Shown piece by piece: positions 58,749 through 64,000 of a DNA stretch of 64,000 bases (positions are counted from its first letter, which is position 1; each line of letters opens with the position of its first letter). The stretch is from Candidatus Magasanikbacteria bacterium RIFOXYB2_FULL_38_10 (lineage in GTDB: Bacteria; Patescibacteriota; Patescibacteriia; Magasanikbacterales; UBA10003): contig MFQT01000016.1 in NCBI GenBank assembly GCA_001783145.1, positions 3,796 through 67,795 of the forward strand, given 5' to 3'. The position numbers and the translations under genes are program-made. The notes below the pieces were generated by a model that was not told the DNA's origin, searched no databases, and saw only the letters and a list, made by a program, of their open reading frames with translations.

Positions 58749-59936
58749 TCAAGGGGCTATGCCAGCGGCTTTCTTCCTCATCCCCTCCCACAGCAAAAAC
58801 AGCAAAATCAAAAAACCCACTAAAGAACCTGCAGAAGAAAAAGCAAAAGCATAGGCCGGGGAAGCATTATCCCAAATTTTACCAAGAAAAAATCCGCCCG
58901 CAATTACGGCCAACCCTACAAAAGTATTAAAAATGGCATAAGCGCTACCTCGCGCTTCGACCGTGACTAAATCAGCTATAATGGCGCGAGCAGAACCTTC
59001 TGTTAAGGCATAAAATAAACCATAGAAAGCAAAAAGGATCAAAGCTACACCGATGGTTGAATCAAAGATAAACCCCAATTCCACTAAGGATAACACCAGC
59101 CAGCCCAACATTATAAAAGGCATTTTACCAAACCGATCACTTAAAATTCCAACCGGATAAGAAAGAACGGCGTAAATCAAAGTGAAACCGGCAAAGAGCA
59201 CGGGAATCCACCGCGCTGTAATGCCCAGATCCTGCGCCCTAATCAAAAACAGAGAATCATTAATTTTGGTAAGCATAGCCAAAGTCATACCTAACACAAA
59301 CACCCAAAACTGCCAGGGAAAAGACTGGTTTGTTTTCACCACCGTGGCCATCTTATTTTCCGGTTCTTTAATACCAAAAAAAATTAAAGACAAAGCGATC
59401 AGACCGGGAATAACGGCCAAAGCAAAAATTAAACGATAAGAATGTAAAGAAGGCGTGAGAGCAAACAAGATTGCCGCCGCTAAAAGCGGACCTAAAACTG
59501 AACCGGCCGTATCTACCAAGCGATGAAAACCAAAAGCCCTGCCCCGATATTCAACGGCCGCAGAATCGGCCACCAAGGCGTCGCGAGGCGAGTCCTTCAT
59601 ACCTTTGCCGACCCCATCAACCGAACGCAAAATGGCTATGCCGGCAAAAGAATTAGTCAAAGCTAAAATTGGCCTGGCCACGGACGAAAAAGTATAACCT
59701 AAAAAAATGAAAAATTTGCGATTGCGAAATCTGTCGGATAAAATTCCGGAAACAAATCTAAACAAACTGGTAAAACCTTGAAGCAAACCATCTATTACAC
59801 CCACACCGGCATGGCCAATTCCCAAAGTCAAAAGATAGGCGGGCAGAACAGGCGTAATCAAATCTTGACCTAACCCGGAAAAAAGGGCCACAAAAGCTAC
59901 AATTAAAACATTGCGTGAAATTTTAGGCTTGGACAT
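58749..59936 (-). CDS. MFS transporter
   Basis: 12-TM pattern, GILSDRFRNRK, GKGMKDSPRDALVAD, GRAFGFHR, SDRFGK. Confidence 0.92.
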   Translation of the reverse strand: MSKPKISRNVLIVAFVALFSGLGQDLITPVLPAYLLTLGIGHAGVGVIDGLLQGFTSLFRFVSGILSDRFRNRKFFIFLGYTFSSVARPILALTNSFAGIAILRSVDGVGKGMKDSPRDALVADSAAVEYRGRAFGFHRLVDTAGSVLGPLLAAAILFALTPSLHSYRLIFALAVIPGLIALSLIFFGIKEPENKMATVVKTNQSFPWQFWVFVLGMTLAMLTKINDSLFLIRAQDLGITARWIPVLFAGFTLIYAVLSYPVGILSDRFGKMPFIMLGWLVLSLVELGFIFDSTIGVALILFAFYGLFYALTEGSARAIIADLVTVEARGSAYAIFNTFVGLAVIAGGFFLGKIWDNASPAYAFAFSSAGSLVGFLILLFLLWEGMRKKAAGIAP

Positions 59937-60004
59937 AAAAAAATCTTGGGAGTAATAGCCTTAAAATAATATTAAAAGAAGAATCTTTTATATTATACCA
60001 AATT

Positions 60005-63000
60005 TTAAACTTTATCTCTTTTTTTCCAAAAAGCTATTTTACCAATAAAACCAAAAGCTATTGCCTTAGCTATGGCCCCGCGACCCTTGGCCAATAAAGC
60101 CAGCAACAAACTAGTCACTCCACCAGCCGTAGCGGTTAAATATTTTTCCGTCACATCAGCAGTAGTCCCATTGTCTATTGGCTTGCCTACATCTAAAATG
60201 TTGACATCTTCTGCTCCACGGGGCCAAAGAACCCAGGTATCTTTGCTTTTACCAATAATTCCTGTCACTTTTACTTTGTCCCCCACGCTAGCCACTTTGC
60301 CTTTTAGTCCGGTTCTACTTTTTAATTGCACTTGAATTTCCCCCATCTCATCGCCCAAATAAAAATAACCGCTACCCGTTTCTAAAACTTCACCTTCCAT
60401 TTGCACCAAAGAAAAAAATTTATCATCATCAATGTCTCCGGTGTTTACTGCCAATGGTTCTTTTAAATTATCAATAGATAAAATATCAATATCCTTTTTT
60501 TCTTTAATTTTTACGCGGACAGTGCCTAAATATGTTCCCAATTCACCAGTCACTTCTACCTCATCGCCAATTTTAATTGGGGGAAAATCTCTGCTGTTCA
60601 TATACACAGGTAAGCCCGCGCCGCTTAAAGGATCTACAATAAAAAACATTTGGGTACTAAAATTTCCCGGCGGAACCTTTACCACACCTTTGGTTTTTAC
60701 CATAGTTAAAGGTGCCAAGGCAGAAATTTTATCTAAAGAAGCAACAACTAAACTTTTTATTTTTTTAGCCGCGGAATTAACAGAATTTTTAGAAGAAACC
60801 ACGGCTATATTTTCTTCTTCATCGGTTTCCACATAAATTTTAAGCGCTTGTTTAACTTCGCCGCCTTGATTATCTTTAACCACTAAAGAAATCTTTTTAT
60901 TTCCTTTTGTTTGATAAATATGATTAACAATTTCTCCTTCCCCATTTGTCCCGTCGCCAAAATCCCAAAAAAAGCCAAGCGGATTATTATCCGGGTCAAA
61001 AGAATCCGAAGCGTCAAAAACAATTTCCTCGCCGGTTAAAACAACACTGGGTAAAGAAACCGCCACCAAAGGCAAAGAGTTGGGTGGAACCATTATGTTT
61101 TCTCGGCCCGGCGTCACGGCCACTGTCCAATCCCAAAGAGAACTTGTAGTCCCAGCTCTAGCCCAAGAAACACCATCCAAAGCGGTATCTTCAAATGTTG
61201 CCCTATCTAACAAACGATTGTCCGAATCGTAAAGTTCTAAATTTTCCGCATTATTTTTTAAAATTAAGTTGCTCTCTTTTCTTTTAACCACTAAAAATTC
61301 CCCTAGCCCAATAAAAGTGGAGGAAGCAAATTTGTATTTACGCCGGCTGGAATTGAGAAGATAAAAATTTTGCAGATTTATTTTCTCCGTGCCAATATTT
61401 TTTAATTCTATAAACTCCCCTTCTTGATCTGATCCTTTGGGATTGGGAAAAATTTCGTTGATGATGATACAGCTAGAAATGGGCGGGGTATTATTATTTA
61501 CGCTAGAATTATCAGCAGAATAATCTTCCGCTAAAAAAACATTGAAATTTCCCAATGTAGGAGTAGCGCAAACCGCCCAACTTTCTTTATTGACGCCAGA
61601 CTCAAAATTTTTTCTTCCCGCACTTTTGCTATCGTAAGGCGCCGAGGCATTGTCGGAGATGTTGCCGTCGTTCCAATTACCATAAGCAACTCTATCCACC
61701 AGGCGGCCAAAAGCATCATACAAAAAAATCACATCGCCGGAATTATTTAAATTTCCCTTGGGGCTATAAACCACGAAATAACCGTGTGGTTTAATTGTGC
61801 CTTGTAAAAAAGTTTGTTCCTCCGAACCCTCCTCCAGCCGCCAATTATTTAAATTGATCTCTTCGGCGGAATTGTTGTACAACTCCAGCCATTCTTTTTC
61901 GCCGCTATTGGGATCAGCAACAAATTCATTGATGAAAATTTTTCCGTAAGAAGCAGCAAGTAGATTGGCACTGCCACCGGAACTGGCCGCTGAGGACGAA
62001 TTTTCCATTTGTTCTGGAAGTAGAGTAATAACATTGGATTGGCTTTTAGTTGGCGTCAAAGTAAGAGCAAAATCTGATTTATCAAAATCAGTATCACTGC
62101 CATCACTTGAACGCGCCAAGGATTCACCGATCGATGGCGCAGGGGCATTGTCCATTAAATTATCATCATCAAAATTTCCATAAGATATTTGGTCAATAAT
62201 TTCTCCAACACTATTTTTTAAAATCACAATATCACCACTATTATTAAAACGACTAGAAAATTCTAAAACTAAAAATCCACCGGAAATAATTTCACCCCCC
62301 AAAGTAGTAGTAGAAGAATTATCTTGCAAAGTCCAACCAGCCAAATTGGCAGTAGAAGTAGCAGGGTTAAAAAACTCCACCCATTCTTTTTCCGCAGAAG
62401 TGGCGGTGACAGGATAAATCTCATTGATTTTAATGTGATAATTTGATCCGGTGGAAGTGGAAATACTTTCTAGCGGTGCTGGTGGCGTGATCAGGGCTTC
62501 ACTTTTTACTGCGCCAGGAGTACCACCCACCACATAACTTTCCTGCCAATTATCTGCTGTGCCAAAACCGGTTTCGTCTTTTTTCTCCAGAGTTTTGCTA
62601 TTTCCGGAAGCACCCCAACTGTTAGAATAATTCACCTCTGACCACAATGGCCCATCTGAACCAACTCTCAAGGCCACAGTGCCAGAGGCATTGCTTAAAC
62701 TAAAAGAAGATTTTAAAATTTTTCCCCAATAATTTGGATAATTAGAGGCAAAAGTGGCTTCATCTTGTACCACGGCACAATATTCTCCTGCTTCCAAAAT
62801 AGTGCTGGTGGAAAAAGTATGATTAGACCCGTCAAACAAACGCCAAGCGATGGCGCTTGAGCCGCCCACAATTTCTAAAGGTGAGGCGCCGGAATTTTTA
62901 ATTTCCACCCACTCATTTTTGGTATCCGAACCGCTGGGGTCACACATTATCTCTGTAATCTGCAAGTCGCTTTCGGCCGCCCAAATTCGTGAGGCAAAAA

Positions 63001-63061
63001 TAAAAAAACCACCGATTAAAAAAACGCTGGTTATTAAAAAACAAATTTTCCCCCTTGTCAT
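60005..63061 (-). CDS. surface protein with four lamin-tail-like domains, a PKD domain and OB folds
   Basis: ITEIM/INEIY/INEFV/INEIF...EWVE/EFIE repeats; FDASDS..WDFGDG; GDEVEVTG and GDKVKVTG; N-terminal signal and C-terminal hydrophobic anchor. Confidence 0.82.
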   Translation of the reverse strand: MTRGKICFLITSVFLIGGFFIFASRIWAAESDLQITEIMCDPSGSDTKNEWVEIKNSGASPLEIVGGSSAIAWRLFDGSNHTFSTSTILEAGEYCAVVQDEATFASNYPNYWGKILKSSFSLSNASGTVALRVGSDGPLWSEVNYSNSWGASGNSKTLEKKDETGFGTADNWQESYVVGGTPGAVKSEALITPPAPLESISTSTGSNYHIKINEIYPVTATSAEKEWVEFFNPATSTANLAGWTLQDNSSTTTLGGEIISGGFLVLEFSSRFNNSGDIVILKNSVGEIIDQISYGNFDDDNLMDNAPAPSIGESLARSSDGSDTDFDKSDFALTLTPTKSQSNVITLLPEQMENSSSAASSGGSANLLAASYGKIFINEFVADPNSGEKEWLELYNNSAEEINLNNWRLEEGSEEQTFLQGTIKPHGYFVVYSPKGNLNNSGDVIFLYDAFGRLVDRVAYGNWNDGNISDNASAPYDSKSAGRKNFESGVNKESWAVCATPTLGNFNVFLAEDYSADNSSVNNNTPPISSCIIINEIFPNPKGSDQEGEFIELKNIGTEKINLQNFYLLNSSRRKYKFASSTFIGLGEFLVVKRKESNLILKNNAENLELYDSDNRLLDRATFEDTALDGVSWARAGTTSSLWDWTVAVTPGRENIMVPPNSLPLVAVSLPSVVLTGEEIVFDASDSFDPDNNPLGFFWDFGDGTNGEGEIVNHIYQTKGNKKISLVVKDNQGGEVKQALKIYVETDEEENIAVVSSKNSVNSAAKKIKSLVVASLDKISALAPLTMVKTKGVVKVPPGNFSTQMFFIVDPLSGAGLPVYMNSRDFPPIKIGDEVEVTGELGTYLGTVRVKIKEKKDIDILSIDNLKEPLAVNTGDIDDDKFFSLVQMEGEVLETGSGYFYLGDEMGEIQVQLKSRTGLKGKVASVGDKVKVTGIIGKSKDTWVLWPRGAEDVNILDVGKPIDNGTTADVTEKYLTATAGGVTSLLLALLAKGRGAIAKAIAFGFIGKIAFWKKRDKV

Positions 63062-63145
63062 AAATTTTATAAATTATTTTTTCTTATTATAAAAATAAGA
63101 CAACGTCTTGTCAAATTGGTATTTTTTGGTAGAATAAGAACAATT

Positions 63146-63231
63146 GCCGGAGTGGCGAAATGGCAGACGCACCAGCTTTAGGAGCTGACGCCCGCAAGGG
63201 CATGAGGGTTCAAGTCCCTCCTCCGGCACCA
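63146..63231 (+). tRNA. tRNA-Leu(TAG)
   Basis: GCCGGAG/CTCCGGC acceptor, anticodon TAG, variable arm, CCA. Confidence 0.94.
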
Positions 63232-63241
63232 AAATAACTTT

Positions 63242-64000
63242 ATGTTGCACCAACTTGTAGCCAAAATACGGCAAATGAGGAAATTCCAAAACCAGCGCGA
63301 AACTCTAATCACCATAGAAATTAGCCGGGATGCCCTGCTTAACAATTTACACAACTTGCAAAAATTAGCTCCGCATTGGCAATTAGCTCCGGTTTTAAAA
63401 AGCAATGCTTACGGACACGGCAGCAATTTAATTGCTGACATTTTAAAAAAGGAAGATCATCTGCCTTTTTTTTGTATTGATTCTTATTTTGAAGCAGAAC
63501 AGTTAAAACATCACAGCTTAAACAAACCACTTTTAATTTTGGGCTACACTCCTACAACACTAATAGTTAAAAACAAATTAAAAAATTTGCAATTTGTCGT
63601 GGGATCTTTGGAGCAATTAAAAATTTTAGTGGACAAAAAAATTAAACAAACTATTCAGATTAAATTTGATACAGGCATGCATCGCCAAGGCATTCCCTAT
63701 AATTTTCTGATTGAAGTTTTGGAAATCCTTCAAAAAAATACTACTCTAAAAATTAGCGGCGTTTTATCGCACCTCTCTGATGCGGAAAATTCCAATTCGG
63801 AAATAACCAAAAAACAAATCACTAATTGGAATGAGCTGGCCAAAAAAATGCAAGAAATTTTTCCCACCATCAAATATTATCATTTAACTAATTCTGCTGG
63901 TTTGGCTTTTTCTCAAAATATTGTTGCCAATGTAGGCCGTAGCGGTTTAGCGCTTTACGGAATCAACCCAGGAAATCTGCCCATCAATTTACATCCGATT
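63242..64000 (+). CDS. alr: alanine racemase (3' partial)
   Basis: Hand translation from ATG 63242: VLKSNAYGHG (PLP lysine), KFDTGMHRQG, SHL, NSAG, RSGLALYG; runs off the window end, so absent from the ORF track. Confidence 0.93.
   Translation, partial: MLHQLVAKIRQMRKFQNQRETLITIEISRDALLNNLHNLQKLAPHWQLAPVLKSNAYGHGSNLIADILKKEDHLPFFCIDSYFEAEQLKHHSLNKPLLILGYTPTTLIVKNKLKNLQFVVGSLEQLKILVDKKIKQTIQIKFDTGMHRQGIPYNFLIEVLEILQKNTTLKISGVLSHLSDAENSNSEITKKQITNWNELAKKMQEIFPTIKYYHLTNSAGLAFSQNIVANVGRSGLALYGINPGNLPINLHPI

Noticed and set aside
1348-62183. Numerous 60-230-aa ORFs antisense to or nested in long genes (e.g. 50199-50879, 23153-23626, 28319-28738)
   Set aside because: Shadow frames of well-supported genes, with no independent motifs or signals

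Overview
AT-rich bacterial chromosomal segment with the hallmarks of a Patescibacteria (CPR) genome (inference). These are mostly Shine-Dalgarno-less core genes, a tandem-domain ThyX, a nine-gene VirB2/TrbC-like pilin array next to a solute-binding lipoprotein, a baseplate-J-like membrane protein and a lamin-tail-domain surface protein. Core genes: thyX, tmk, gatB, uvrB/uvrA/uvrC, miaA/miaB, a PilB/GspE ATPase, ftsH, rpsA, gyrA, an XerC/D-type recombinase, prs, galU, metK and alr (partial). There are six tRNAs (Arg-TCT, His-GTG, Ser-CGA, fMet-CAT, Gly-GCC, Leu-TAG). No rRNA, CRISPR array or intact transposase was seen. Most notable: (1) a tRNA-flanked operon of a MurL-like PP-loop enzyme plus two Ddl-like ATP-grasp ligases behind a structured leader with a short ORF; (2) the pilin array, with a G13 tract that can switch a pilin C-terminus or fuse two pilins, a 32-nt identical block between paralogs and large internal RNA hairpins; (3) two tRNA-sized repeat units that mimic the tRNA-Gly 5' end; (4) a prs + GT-C + GT2 glycosylation cluster facing the pilins; (5) self-contained orphan-gene cassettes with SD sequences and boxA-like motifs; (6) candidate structured leaders for metK and rpsA. 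All protein assignments come from motif recognition by eye, not database searches.
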